Positions 25,849 through 39,711 are shown, counted from the first letter of the stretch. The stretch is DNA of 64,000 nt from Callorhinchus milii (GCF_018977255.1 NW_024704742.1:53632001-53696000); one strand, 5' to 3'. Numbers and translations: made by a program. The notes: generated by a model from the letters alone, not told the origin.

Positions 25849-26407
25849 CATAAATATGAAGATGGCATTTTTTAAACATTTGTATCTATTCTTACTTTTA
25901 ATGGGGAAAGCTTAAAAAATTGCAATACAAATTGGAATTTGAAGTATATAAAACACTGTTAGAATGTTGATGGTGACTGACCAGGACTACATTTAATAAA
26001 GTGAGCGGCAGTGGCTGCTGACCGCGTTAGGTTAAGTGCTACGACATCATACCTTAATGCTGTCAGCCTCTCTCAGGCCGACAATTCTGGCATGCAGTCC
26101 TGCTGCTGTTGAAACAATCCCATTTGTATTGCAGGGTGGTTTCTACAGCAGCTGGATTCACATTAAAACAATGCTGTCTCTCAGTTATTTCAAATGTGCT
26201 TCTCGAGGCTATTTCGCTCCTCTCTTCTCAAGTGGCCTGTATTGACTGACAGTAAAAAAACTCTTTCACTGCCTTTGGAGAGATAGGCAGGAGTACTTCA
26301 ATCATTCATTTCCTCCTAACTTCAACCATGTGAATCGTTTTGAGACAACCTCCCAGCATGAAAGGCACTATATGATAATAAAAAAGATTCCTTGTATTTG
26401 ATATAAT

Positions 26408-26860
26408 ACCTGTCAGTTTGGCTCAGTGGTAGCACTCTCACCTTTAAGTCACAAGGTTGTGGGTTCCAGTCCCACATCAGACTTGGAACTCACAAAGTCT
26501 AAACTGACACGCCAATTCAATGCTGGGAGGGGTTACACTGTCAGAGGTGCCATTCTTCGGATGGAACAATAAACCGAGATCTTATCTGCTTGTTCAGGTG
26601 GACTTTAAAGACCCCATTGCACTATTTCAAAAGATAAGGGAGTTTCTCCCGGTGGCCAACAATCCCCCAAGTAAAACATTGGTCATTCACTTCATGGCTG
26701 TTTGTAGGACATTGCTGTGTGCAATTGTTCTGCTGCATTTGTCTACAAATACACAGTCACTTAATTTCACACTAAATTCTGTGAAGTGCTTTGAGACGTT
26801 GTTCCGATGTGATAAGATGGTCTACCGAATGCAAGGATTATTATTTGTATAATTATTATA
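26408..26860 (+). mobile_element. DeuSINE-like tRNA-derived SINE. Other copies: 505-905 -, 11618-11880 +, 12727-13010 +, 20935-21325 -, 32330-33060 -, 34355-34790 -, 38120-38410 -, 44772-45203 -, 49500-49883 +, 57788-58200 -, 58545-58830 +
   Basis: tRNA head, then ctgtcRgaggtgcc.tc.ttcggatgagac.ttaaaccgagg....tctgc.tgttcaggtggac.ttaaagatccca, which I recognise as the Deu domain (SacSINE1/AmnSINE1 type). Shares the same L2-type tail. Confidence 0.8.
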
Positions 26861-27975
26861 ACATCTTTCATGTTAGAAAGATGACTCAAAGGATTTCACT
26901 GTAATACAACCTTTTGACTCAGACTGAGTGTGCTACTGACTGAGCCAAGCTGAAACCTATATCAAATGCAAGGATTATTATTATTATTATTAATTATTAG
27001 TGCTAACAATTATTATGTATAACTTGATATCATGTTGCCTCAGGTTTTATGATGGTTGCAGAGGCAGCGTTGCTCTTTGAGGCATGGATACAAATCTCTA
27101 GTATTTGCTGCTCCCAGACTCCATTGATATGAATCCTGCTTCTTAAACATAGTGATTTTGTTACCAACTTCAAGGATTCTGATGGCAGCCATTGAAAGGC
27201 ACTGATAGTCTCACCAATGGTCATGTATACCTAACAACCCACATTGTGCCGTGTCGATTTTATAGAGAAATGAAACTGAAATATATTTAGTCAGTTGTAA
27301 ATGCCATACAAGTTTTACATTTAAACAAAACAGGAAGCCTGACAAGAAACTGTTCAATAATAAGCCAGAAGATGGGAATTTGACCATCTTTGACTTTTGA
27401 ATATCATTAACTTTAATCCGGTGTGAGCTACTTTTTGATTTTATGTTGCTCTGAATTCCTTTTAAGTAGTATTGACGGTTTTATGAATTAAATCCATGTC
27501 TTGAGGTGACAGAGAATAAAAATGAACTAGCCGAAGAATGATGTGTTTAAAGTGATTGCTTCATTACTAGATAATAAAGAGCGTTATAATGAATTCTGTG
27601 TATGAAACTAATTCCATAGAGAGCTATGAGCCAAAGATGTCTCTCTAACATCTTACATTTAAAAGCCATGAATCAATTCGATGCTGTCTCAGCTTGGTGC
27701 TAAATTTAACATAAAGCAATGCAGGCTTGATTAAAAGACTATCTGAAGCTTAGCTGTTGGAATCAGCTATTAACAAGCACTGGGCAGCAAAACACAGGAA
27801 CCACAAGGTTGGAATCTCCCATCCCTGTGTCAGCTCTTGGCTGCTTCATCAATTTCCATCTCATTATTCTTCAGCAGGATTATCTGGAAATCAGTAGTAC
27901 ACTATCCTCTACTCAGAAGGAAAAAAAAGAGCTATTAAAGCTGATCCACGAGCCTTCCCTTAGGGTCCAGAGAGG

Positions 27976-29305
27976 AGGAAAGCAACAACAAAGCAATTTA
28001 CCCCCTTATTAAAGAGGTGACAAAGGGCATCACTATCAACTAGTAGCACCACGGAATAAAGCTGTGCTGGATCTTTGAATAGATAGCAGCCACTAAAAAT
28101 GTGTGTTTACTGAATTAGTGTTATCAAAACCAATAAATCTTCTCCTGTAATATTGACAGCACAGTTTATATAAGTTCATTGTTTTACACAAAGTTAATGA
28201 AGAATCCAAGGAGAACATTGAAAAAAGTGCTGAGTTTGAAGGTTGCGTCACAACAGAGTTCATTTCTGTATTTTTTTTCCATTAATAATCATGGACTAAC
28301 CAGTCGATCGGACTTATCACAATAAACTTGTCAATCATCAATAATGGATTACAAGGATATTTCAGTTTCGCAACTCACGGATGAAATATTGAATAGAGAA
28401 ATTACACAAAATGGGAAATTTGGCAGAAACTAATCTTGCCAAAGACATAAATCCTCAATTCTCTCATTTTATGTAATAGCTTCAGTTTTTCCTGGACCAG
28501 CTACATTTACATTTTTTTGAATGTTTAGCTTCCAGCATATGAGAATCCAGCTAGCAATGATTGCTAAGGCAGTATCCCTCTACTATTTTGAAGTTATGGG
28601 ATTTCTATCATTTAGCTGTGGTGAAAAGTTTGCAATTTTTACCAATCAGTGTAAAATAGAACTATGAGGTGAAAACATGATATGTGATATGAAATATGCG
28701 ACAAGAAATATCACATTGACAAAAAGCACCTACAAAACTTGTCTTCAGCTTATTGACTGGTGAACCTACCCTAATTTTAACAATTGTTTTGATCCAAAAG
28801 TGGTGCACCGTTTTCTACCAACCCACCAACAACTTACATTTATACAGCACCGTTCACATGGGATAGTCTCAAAATGCTTCACAGAGGTGGGGTTGGAGAC
28901 CAAGCTAGGAGAAGGGTGGGATAGTTATAGGCACAGTTGAAGAGGTAGATTTTGAGGTGGAATTTGTAGATAAATAGAATAAGACGGAGATAAGACGGAG
29001 ATAAGACGGAGGATGGAGTAGAGAGTTCCAGAGGTTAGGGGCATAATGACTGAAGGCTCGGCCACCAATGGTGTGGTGGAGCAGGGGATATGTAGCAAGC
29101 CTGTCAGAGGAACGGATACAAGGAGATCACAGAGATAGGGAGGTGCTAGAGCATGAAGGAAAAAGCAACAACAAAGCAATTCAACCCTCTTATTAATGAG
29201 GTGACAAAGTGCATCACTATCAACTAATAGCACCATGGAATAGAGCTGTACTGGATCTTTGAATAGATATTAGCCACTAAAAAGGTATGTTTACTGAATT
29301 AATGT
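27976..29305 (+). repeat. Direct duplication of about 145 bp (27976-28121 and 29157-29305)
   Basis: Both copies read aaagcaacaacaaagcaatt...gaggtgacaaag.gcatcactatcaacta.tagcacca.ggaata.agctgt.ctggatctttgaatagata..agccactaaaaa.gt.tgtttactgaatta. Confidence 0.92.
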
Positions 29306-29330
29306 ATGTGAGGGTGAGGACCTTGAAGTC
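28830..29330 (-). mobile_element. Old L2 3' fragment interrupted by a local duplication
   Basis: L2-type tail at about 28830-28885 and a HALAPPYLCDLL peptide. The L2 resumes at about 29306 (gtgagggtgaggaccttgaa). Confidence 0.7.
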
Positions 29331-29478
29331 AGTGACTGAAAGACAGTGATCATGCGTGGCGAAAATAACAAGAATGGTTGGTCTATAGAGAACACAGCCA
29401 TTATACTTTAGGTAAAAGCATTTTGCCAAATTCAGGGGATGTTCACTCTCAAACCTGCTACTAAGAGACCTGCACGGT

Positions 29479-29706
29479 CTCTTTGACCGTGCCTTCAGCT
29501 CCCCTCTCGACTCTCTTCCCCTTCCTCGCTCCCTCCCTTCCCTCCCCTCACCCTGACCATTCCCCCTCCTCTCCCTCCCTTCCCTCCCCTCACCCTGACC
29601 ATTTCCCCCCTGCTCGGGTCATGACCCAACTGTGCAGCGCCTTGGGACGTCCTCCTGACGTGAAAGGCGCTCTATAAATGGAATCTTGTTGTTGTTGTTG
29701 TTGTTG
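29479..29706 (+). mobile_element. Young L2 3' end with stem-loop and (TTG)n tail
   Basis: Near-identical to the 3' ends at 42068-42300, 53668-53867 and 60423-60610. Confidence 0.85.
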
Positions 29707-29929
29707 CTGATAATTACAGATAAGTTCATACCACACTTTTGGCGACGTGATATTTATCACAACTTGTATTTTGCACTGCTATGTCATGAAAATGTCATCT
29801 GTCAAAAATCTAAAGAATTTCCTACAAATGGAGAACTCCTTTGTCTCACTGATGGCATCTGCTTGAATTTTCTACACATTATTATGAGGTGCAAAGCAAA
29901 CCAGTCTGAAGAATTTCATTAACACCAAT

Positions 29930-30400
29930 GCCAGATGTAGACAACATTCCAGCATGAAACAGACCTTCTCGAATGGTTTTATGGATGCAATCCTTCATCC
30001 CTGGACTCTCAGGAAAACAAAGCGTTTAGCCAAGTATTGCTGACTCTGTAGTTGCTTTTCACTTTTGTTATCAAACAAAATAATTGTGGGATTCAATGTG
30101 AGCAATGGTCACTTTGATAAAAAATATCTGGAACACACCTGGCATTTGCTCTGTTGGTGCCTGAAAACTGTCTGACGTGCAGGGTGACAGAGAGCAGTAA
30201 TATGTCATGACTGTTGCTGCTGGAGTAGTAGCGGTGGTGGAATGTGCTGTAGATATGGCCTTTACAGTCCACACAGTTCAGTCTTGGACCTTCTAGTAAC
30301 CTCAGTCACTGAAGACATATGTCTTCGAACATTCTCAGGTCTGACACTTAATTCTGAAATATCTTTTCATCCTGATGGGCACGATTACATAGGTATTGAC
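29930..30400 (-). mobile_element. Degenerate PIF/Harbinger (HARBI1-like) transposase fragment
   Basis: Hand translation across frameshifts gives, in the expected order, MFEDICLQ*LRL, TELCGL*RPYLQ, TSDSFQAPTEQMPGVFQ, IKVT and FLRVQ..DCIH. These resemble the HARBI1-family motifs CLRRLRF, ELC.LL, ASGSFQ...G.SQ and GFP.V.GAIDCTH. Confidence 0.65.
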
Positions 30401-33279
30401 AAACTCTGTCTCCATATTCATGTCCTCCTGCTCGACAATCAGATGTCCAATAAAAGCTGCAATCCCCATAATGGCTTTAATGGCACAATGCTACACAGGC
30501 ATGGTTGTCACAAATCTCAGTGAAACACAGTAGATGCACAATTCCACCTAATCTTAGCCCGTAAGACTATTTTATTTAAAAGAGAATTGTGATACAATCT
30601 TACATTCAGTCTTAATTTGGGAAGCTTAATTCTTTTCTGAATTCTTTTTTAAGAACTGCGGAAAAACAGCTTCCAAATTTAAACAGAAAAACAGCTTCCA
30701 AATTAAAACTGAATTTAAGAGATTTCTACAATTATATGAAGCTCAATTCAAAATAAATTACCCTCCCACTGAATGAATATTCTAAATATTTAGGCTATAG
30801 ATGAAAACAATGAACATTTCTCTACTCAGGACAATAAACAATAATGGTTTAAACAATGAACTATTCCTTACCATGTTCTCCAATGTAGATATCACCTCAT
30901 GATGCAATTTATGATCACATCATTTCAACCTTCTATTTCCAAAAGTTACTCATACAGATAGTAAAGGGTTCAATCAGCTTCTCACAATCTTTATTAAAAA
31001 AATCTATTGCAATAAAACTGAGAGGGCATGATGCTACTAGCAGACCTACACAAACAGGCATTATATCAGCAATACATTAGAAATGACTGCACTTCCACAC
31101 AGGCCATTACTAGCTGTTGTTTCAATCTTCATATCATTGGTGCATTAGATATCTATAATATATATTTATGACCATACTTTCAGTCTATTTTGATAGTGGA
31201 GAAAGTGGTTCAACCAACCAACAGGACCAAGTATTATTTATAAATATGTTTTATTGTCAGCCATGCCCTTACATAAACAAAGGTAACAGGATTTTGCCAG
31301 GAATCATTTATTTTATTAACATCTACAGTTATTGCCATATAGATGCAAAACACCATAAGATCCGAGGTGTATTTTCAAGAAGCCCCTTTCAATCTCACAT
31401 AACCCTTGATTTCACCTTCTGAGTTATTGGCATTCTACATGGATTATCGTTTCATATATCCTGAATGAACATGAGCTATGGTTTAATTATTAAAACCATA
31501 TGATATTGGGGAAAAGATGAAAGATGAAAGAACTTTAACCCTATGTCCTCACCAGGTTGTAATATCCCATAGAATGAAGCTGACCTGAAATATGCCTATG
31601 GAGAAAATATATTTTCCCACTTTTATACTATATTTTTTTCAATATTGTCCCTGCTTTCACTCTGTCCAACTGTGTACCATAAGAATATTCACATAATAAT
31701 CCTGTTAATAAAATTGTAACCAGTTGAATTTCTATCTAATACATAAAAGACACTTTCCTACAGATACATCCATTTAGTGCATTTTCTAAATAGACATATC
31801 TATAGGGAAGTGTCTTTCAACATTTCTCGAGACTTTTTAACATTAAATTAATATCCTCATAGCATTCCCTCAGTCTAAAATTTTAAATATCTCTCATTAT
31901 TTTGAAATTACGCATTATGAATTGTGGGGTCCTGTAATGGTTAGAGCACTCGCCTCGCAAGTGAGAAACCTGGGTTTGATTGCCGGCAGGGCAAAACAAT
32001 GGCAAGTTCCTCTGTTTACCTAGCAGTAAGTAGGAACCCGGTTGTTGGTCGATTGGCAGATCGCTTTACCGGGGGTAACAATTAATTCAAAAAAAATAAT
32101 AACAATTTGGTCACTCAATCTATGACTGTTTGGTAGACAATGCTGAGCGCAATTGGCTGCTGTGTTTCGCCCACAAAATATAGTTAATTCACTTATCACG
32201 TCTCGAAGACCTGATAAGGCGCTATATCAAATGCAAGGATATTAAATGCAAGGATTGTTCTTATTATATTCCCCTCAACCTTCCACTTTTTAATGAGAAC
32301 AATTTAATTTCCATGTGTCCATCATTCAATATTGTGCTTTTATCCTCAGGAGGATATCTTAAAGCATTTCACAGGATTTACTGTGAAGAGTCGTGACTGT
32401 GTATTTTGAGGCAACACTGACAGCCAATTTGCGCACAGCAATGTCCTGCCAGCAGTCCTGACTGAACAATTTTATCTGGGGTACTGTTGGCCAGGACACT
32501 GTGAGAAACTCCCTTCTCTTTCGAGTAATAATAATCCTTGCATTTGATATAACGCCTCATCACGTCTTTGAGACGTTTCAAAGTGCTTCACGGAATATAC
32601 TGTAAAGTGGATTGACTATATTTTGTGGGAGAAACCCGGCAGCCAATTGCGCACAGTAGTGTCCCACAAACAGTCATAGATTGAGTGACCAAATTATTAT
32701 TATTTTTTGAAGGGATTATTACTCCCAGAATGCTATCCGCCAATTGACTAATAACTGGGTTGCTACTTACTGCTAGGTAAACAGAGGCATGTGGAGTAAG
32801 GATACATGCCTAACATTTCGCCCTGCCTGGGAATAAAACCCAGGTCTCTCGCTTGGGAGAAGAGTGTTGCAACCACTGAGCTACAGGTTTCCATCATGGG
32901 AGTCTTGTAGAGTCATAGGATCTTTAACGTCAATCTGTACAGACAAATAGGACATAAATTTAACGACTAATCTGAAGAACAGCCCTTCTTGATGAGCACA
33001 TCCCCAGCACTACATTAGAATTTCAGTCTAGGATATGTGAGTTCAAAGTCCCTACAGCAGGTCATGTAAAGAGAGTGGCGCTAACTCGATTCTAGCTTCC
33101 TGATCCCCTACTTAGATGCTCAGATTGGTACAAAATGTGGAAAAACTGTGGTGATTTACCAGCAAACATTCATCTTAAACACAGCATCAATAAAGCACTC
33201 TTGAAGCAGCCATGTGCTAATATCTAGAGGCAGGATGATTCCCATGGAGAACGTCTGCTACCCAGTGCTGAGTTCTATA

Positions 33280-33720
33280 TGTTTAGGATTATGAAAGCAA
33301 TCATGACCTGGTTATCATATTTGGAACCTTTCCCTGCTGAGACTGGCTGCTGGGGAAGCTGCAAATCAATTCATAATAACATTAGAAGCATCAACACCCA
33401 CATGAATATTCAATGAATGAAGCCTTTTTCAGATCTGAAAACAACTTAATTCAATGAAGATCCTCTGCGAGGGATGTGAATGCATTTGATAGCTCCCAGG
33501 ATGTTTTGAGATGCTGCAATACTAACACATTCCTGTTTACTTCATAGTTGCTGTGGTTGAAGAGAAGTAAATATAATCTGCTCTCTTTAGCTGTAATCTG
33601 AGAAATGGACATTGACATTGCAGCCTGAACAAAGTCGATGATGGGAGGCATCTGAAAGGTACTGGTGGAATAGAACGTGAGCACTTTCCTTGCCTTCACT
33701 GGCACAAGCAACCCAAATTC
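33280..33720 (-). mobile_element. Second degenerate PIF/Harbinger transposase fragment
   Basis: Motifs VPVKARKVLTFYSTSTFQ, QAAMSMSISQIT, NILGAIKCIHI, KG(F)HSLNIHVGVD and PG.HD appear in HARBI1-family order, with frameshifts. Confidence 0.7.
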
Positions 33721-36700
33721 CAAACCCTCTTTTCATTCATCCACAAGTAACATTGGATCTACTTCATAAATTTAAATCTGCATCACAATCTAAACATAGA
33801 GTGACTATGGATGCCAGACCAATCTATCCTTATGACTATGCTTTCGGCCTTCTGTTGCTTAACAACAGGAAAATGTCAACCACATTCGGGTTGTCTTGAT
33901 GAAAATGTTTTGTATTGCTGTATTTTAGACATTGGTCTTGGGATTAACATTATAACATGGTATCACTGGCAATCACCATTGATGCCTAAATCTTTCATAG
34001 CAATTAAATTGGTAACAGAAATTGTGACCTCTAGGTTATTTGCACCTAAGCATAGCACAAAGAATATTATTTGCACCTAAGAATAATATAAAGTAAGGCC
34101 ATACACTTTTGCCGTCATGTTTCTTTGTGTAACCTTTATACCGTATATGAATTGCAGCTTCTTGGATCTTGCCCACAGTATAGTGCTGAAGGGAAATACC
34201 AGATGAAGTTGAGAAGATTTATTTTGGTAAAATAACATTTTGGTCTAATATGTAGTGAAAGCTTATTTTGTAGGCGAACACGGCAATCAATTTGCATATA
34301 GCAGTGTCCCACAGAGCCATGAAGCGAATGACCAATTTTATCTGGGAGATTGTTATAATAATAATCCTTGGATTTGATATTGCGCTTTTCATATCTTCTA
34401 GACATCTCAAAGCACTTCACAGAATAAACTGTAAAGTGAATTGACTGTATATTTGGGCGAAACGCAGCAGCCAATTGCGCACAGCAGTGTCCCACAAACA
34501 GTCGTGGATTGAGTGACCAAATTATTATTTGTTGGCCAGGTTACTGGGGAAGATACTCGCTTCGAATTGTGCCGTGGGATCTTTAACGTCCACCTGAACA
34601 GACAGACTGGATCTCAGATTATTGTCTCATCTGAAGGACGGCACCTCCAACAATGCAGCACACCCCAGCATTTCATTGCTGAGTGCCAGACTAGACCACA
34701 AGAGTTCTAAGTCCCAACTTGAGGGCTGAACCTACAACTTTCTGAACCAGAGAGGAGGTGCTATGAGCCAATTGAGCCAGGTCGACACTCTGTTGACAAA
34801 CAACAATGTTTTGACAAGATATTGATTTTATAATGTATCAAGATGCTGTGAGAATTCTTCAGAACACCAGAGCCAAACCACACTGTGTGCTGATACCAGA
34901 AGCCATGGTCTATGCTGTTAATGGAAATGAACTAAAACATTTTACTGTGTTATATATTGTTAAAATAACAGGTTCTTGGATAAATAGCATGATTTAAATG
35001 TTTCAATGAGACTTGAAAGCTGCACAAGTTTGTTTAAAGAACTTGTAGCCTCTCCTGAATTGTTTAACCTAACATCATGCTGTCTGGCAGACTGTTATTT
35101 TACAGAATACTATCACTGTATCAAGTTATTTGGAATCCAGCCAAATAGAGCTTAATAGGTACTATTCTTCTGGGCACCCGTTGTTTTTTTTTGCAATATT
35201 CAGCGCGTTGTGCAATTCAATCTTGTTTTTGTGTTTTGGAGAAATGCTGACCTACCAGATGCTGCTGAGCTTAATATTCTTTATTACATTTCTCATCGGA
35301 AATGAACAGGATCTTTATCTGAGATTTGTGTTTGCCATTCATAAAGTTTGGGTTACTAATCTGCAGTGACAGCAAATATCATTCCCACATTTATAAAAAG
35401 ACCTGTCAAATCCATAGAGACATTGATTATCCTTTCCTGTTGATCAGATACCAAGTCCTGCATGTGCCTTATGGTGGACGAGTGCAAGATGAAAGCATTT
35501 ATGATGATCCAATCGACAATAATTCTATAAAAGGTTTGATGCCTGTGCAAAAGCATGCCTGTGCTGGCCCTCTAAAAGAGTTATTTGCCTACAAAGTACA
35601 CAGTCACTACACTTTACAGTATATCAGGTGAAGCGCTTTGAGATGTTCTCCTGTTGTTAAAGGCACTGAATAAAATGTAAGGATTATATCATTATTTGGC
35701 CATTTAGCCCTACTTCCTTACAATTCCCCATGCTATTTTAAATTTAGTCTTATTAAATATTTGTTAAGTTCTGTTTTAAAAGCTATTATGAATTCTGCTT
35801 CAACCATTATTTTTGTACAACATACCATGTCGGAATAAAAGTGGTGTTTCTTTGTGAAGATAGTTAAGTTGTAAGTTAAATTGTATGTACTGGTAAAATG
35901 TCTGTTTCAGAGAGAAAAAAAATGTTTTAACTATAATTTGCACTATGCACAGTACCTTTAACACCTTGTTTAATGTTTAAAAGTTTCTTCAGGGATTTCC
36001 TTGCTGTTTCAGGCTCCTTCACATGTTACAGAACAATGAAGAATTTGCATGCTATTAATCATGAGCGAACTCTCTCTAAAGACACTTATCATGCTTCCTT
36101 TTATTAAACTTTTATACCCTTGAGCCCAATCACTGAAAACTGTATGAATTATATCAATCTTTACCTGTAGTGGTAAAAAAAACATGCAAATATACAATAA
36201 TTATATGTTTATGTATTAGATGTGTAGACAAAGACATAAAAGTCATGCATTTTCTTTGCCTGTGTATTCAGGTCTTGGGAATTGGAACCTATTTCAGTGA
36301 TGGTGACAATCAATCCTTACCAACTGTAACTGTACTTTACAAAGTGACTTTAACTGTGATCAGAAGATGGCTTTACAATTACCACACAAATTAAAACTTG
36401 TTGGATTGCTAGATTGAGATCGCTGCCACAAACACAAGGGGAGCCTCAGCTAATATAATTCTGAATGAGATGTGTGGGGAATAAGCATCTGTGGGGAATA
36501 ATGCTCACTGCCTACTTTAGAAAAAAATAAGAGAATAGACTTGGGGCTTTTTCAATAACTAGTGATTGAAGTGATGACGTAGGTGGCATAGTAGTGTATA
36601 AAATTAGGTCCACAGATATTTGCAGTAAACAGCTGTGTTTATTGAAATTGTAGCTGTAATAATGGTACAGGGGTAAGAAAAATCTAAATTACTGGTAGGA

Positions 36701-37952
36701 ATTTTCACTCCCATTCAATTCCACATAAATTACTGTCACTTGACAATGGCAGAGAAACGTTCCTCTGAGATAAATTTTTTCACAAATGGCATTTACAGCA
36801 TCTGCACCCTACTGCTCTTGGTCGACAGAAAATGCCATTAGTGAAAATCAATTTCTAAGAAATATTTATCTCCCCATAAATGTCCATCAAATGGATAATA
36901 AGAAGGCTAATCTATTTTTTTTAAAAAAACTTCTGGTATGCCTGCATTTTATAGATAATTCCCCTTCTTCGAGAAGAGTCAAAATGAATGGCACACTGCA
37001 TGGTTTTTAGATTTGAGTAGCCTGCAAGTTAAATAAAGGCTGTTCCGTTCTTTCCCTTCTCCAGTATTTGACTTTTTTCTTTCAATATCTGTTTCCCACA
37101 ATTTGAAATTTGAAATGAAATTCCATGCATTTGATAAAGTACCTTTCACGTCGAGAGAACATCTCAAGGCACTTTACGGAATTTATTGTGAAGTGTAGTG
37201 ACTGTATTATGTAGGCTACATAGTATGCCATTGTTTCTTTCTAAATAGAATGTTGCAGTGGTTCACATGTGCATCAGATGAAGGAATACAGCAATGTGGA
37301 TCAAGAATTAAGCCATGAAATTTATCTTGCTATATGGTGCAGTGCTTTTACAGTGTCCACATATAATAGAAGTTCCCTGTTATAGACAGTGGACTAAATA
37401 AAAAGGGGGTAAAATGTATAATATACAATGTGATAATCATCACTTCACCAGAAATGTCAATCCAAACCACTATTTAATTATCAATCAGTCTTTAACGATT
37501 AACTGTGTTGGGGGTAAATACTTAATTTTGTCACAATTGTTTGGCCCAAAACAATGATATGGTCACCATTGATTTTGCCACCTCAGAGCTCAGTGTTTCA
37601 GGGCCACTGAATGCAATACTGACCCTATGTTAATTTAATGGTGGGTATATGTAGAAACCCTACCAATCTAGTTTTAATAGCTGGAGAGGGATTTTTGCAA
37701 AAATAATAGCAGTTGGAGTCTGAATCCTTAATAACCAAATAACCCAAATCCTTAATAAACAAAATTTGAGAGAATGTTTCCTCTCACACATTGAAGTGTG
37801 AAATTTAAACTTTAAAATCAGAGAATTCCAAGTTTTGACAAAGTCCAAATTGATCCAAATGGCCAGTCTGAGAAGTCTTTGAATGATCTAGGTGTCACAT
37901 AAAAATGTAAACTGGTCTGGTCAAAACTGCTGAAAATGCCTATGACACTAAC

Positions 37953-38025
37953 TTGAGTTCTTGTGAGGGTTGAGCTCTGACATGTGGTGTTTCCACTGAC
38001 TGTTCAAATACTGCACCTTCTGGAC
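37953..38025 (-). CDS. SGCZ: Zeta-sarcoglycan coding exon (73 bp, phase 1-2); not in the ORF track
   Basis: Acceptor tgtttctcccacag|GT and donor CTCAA|gttagt. Translates (G)PEGAVFEQSVETPHVRAQPSQEL(K), the conserved sarcoglycan EGAVF..SVETP segment. Phases join both neighbouring exons. Confidence 0.93.
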
Positions 38026-38934
38026 CTGTGGGAGAAACATAAGCATAACTATAATTTGTGAACAATATCCTTGCGATTAAGAATAAAATAGAATTAATGT
38101 CAGGAACAACGATAATGTAGTAATAATAATCCTTGCATTTGATAACACAGCTTTAGCATATTGTTGAAATATCTCAAAGCACTCCACGGGATTTTATTGT
38201 AAAGTATGGTCACTGTATTTGTAGGCAAAGGTGGCAACCAATTCGGGTACAGCAATTTACTGCATCCGACGATAAAGTGAATGACTATTTTTTTGGAGAG
38301 GATTTTTGGCCAGGATATTGGGACAAACTCCCTTCCCTTTTTGAATAATGACATAGGATCTCAAATGTCCACCTGAACAGGCACAGACTGGTTTAACATC
38401 TCATCCAAAGGTTGTTGAATAGCAACATAAACATGTATACTAGAACTTACTGAACTCATCTGATTTGTTCATAAGGAGGCTGATATTACAATATTTATTC
38501 ATGAATATAAAATCATCTATTAAAGTCTTCAGTTTTATTTCTTTGCAAAAGATTCTGCAACATTACTGAATCATCTGCCACAAATGAGTCAGACTCAAGT
38601 CTGGCATTTTGCTGTTCCAGACAGTATGATTGAATGCACTTCGATAATTTGCCAAAGTGATGAGACATAATTTACATGAAGCAGCAAATAATATTTTTCA
38701 TAGCATACAGTAACTTTTCTTAAAATACAAACCAATTATTGCAGTCATTTGCGATTTGAAGTTTTCCGTATTTGTTGTCCTAAAATTAATACAATAATTA
38801 TACAAATCTGGATTTAGGAAATAAGTATAAATGACCACACAAAACATGTTAATTGGAGTCTGTGAAGTATTTCTTTACAGAAAATGCCATTGCTGTTGGT
38901 GTGTGATTGAGAGGATAATGAAAGGGGAACAGCA

Positions 38935-39140
38935 AAATGGATAGAGTTTACTCTTATTGACTGGAGATTATTGGTTCGAATCCTGGTCCATATCGAAGTT
39001 GCCGGTCGAATGGGGATGTTAAATTGGCTCTGTCCTTCCCAGGATTAGGGAAGGAAAAATCAGATAGGGTTCCTGCTCCTTGTCCCTCTTCAGCACCTTC
39101 TACTGGTAGTTAGGGAAGAGGACAGGTCAGACCTAGAGTC
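38935..39140 (+). mobile_element. Ancient SINE relic, LF-SINE-like. Related relics at about 19905-20065 and 55985-56260
   Basis: B-box-like ggttcgaatcc and a shared motif aaaatcagaYagggttcctgctcc at 20040-20063 and 39056-39079, degenerate at 56087-56113. The family name is tentative. Confidence 0.45.
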
Positions 39141-39711
39141 AAAAAACATGTAATTGGGGAAAAAAATAAAATAAAATAATTGGACAAACAAAATTTAAGA
39201 AAAAAGATTTCTGGGAGAACTTTCATTCCAACTACACTCAAGTCTAAGCTGTTTTGGCAGTGTTAAAGTGTTGTACACAGTACACAGCTACTTAAGCATG
39301 ATATTCAACCAAGACAAATACAGCAACATCAGCTCTAAAACAATTATGTATGAACTATTTGGACTTGGGGCAGTAACTGTAACTTTGTGCACTGTATCTG
39401 CAGTTAGAAACTACACAAGATTTCCATTTTAACTTTCTCCTTAAAGTGATTTTCCACAGAAAGATGTTCCTTTTGGAGAGGAGGGAAAAGAACAGGAATA
39501 GCAAATCATTCATCTTTTCAAATCTGACTGATGAAAGAAGAGCATGATTGCAAGTGAAGTAAAGAAATCTGTCTAATGAGAGAAGAGCACCTCTATGAGT
39601 GTGAGAGAAGGAATCTCATTAATCGGGGAAGAGCACGATTTCTAGGAATAGAGAAGAATGTATACAGGACAATTCATCTTCTCACTAGAATCCACAGCTT
39701 TCCACATCGTT

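Noticed and set aside
30661..30710. Short tandem duplications (gaaaaacagcttccaaatt x2; also gacggagataa x2-3 at 28983 and tgtggggaataa x2 at 36473)
   Set aside because: Ordinary slippage duplications with no spacers; not a CRISPR-like array.
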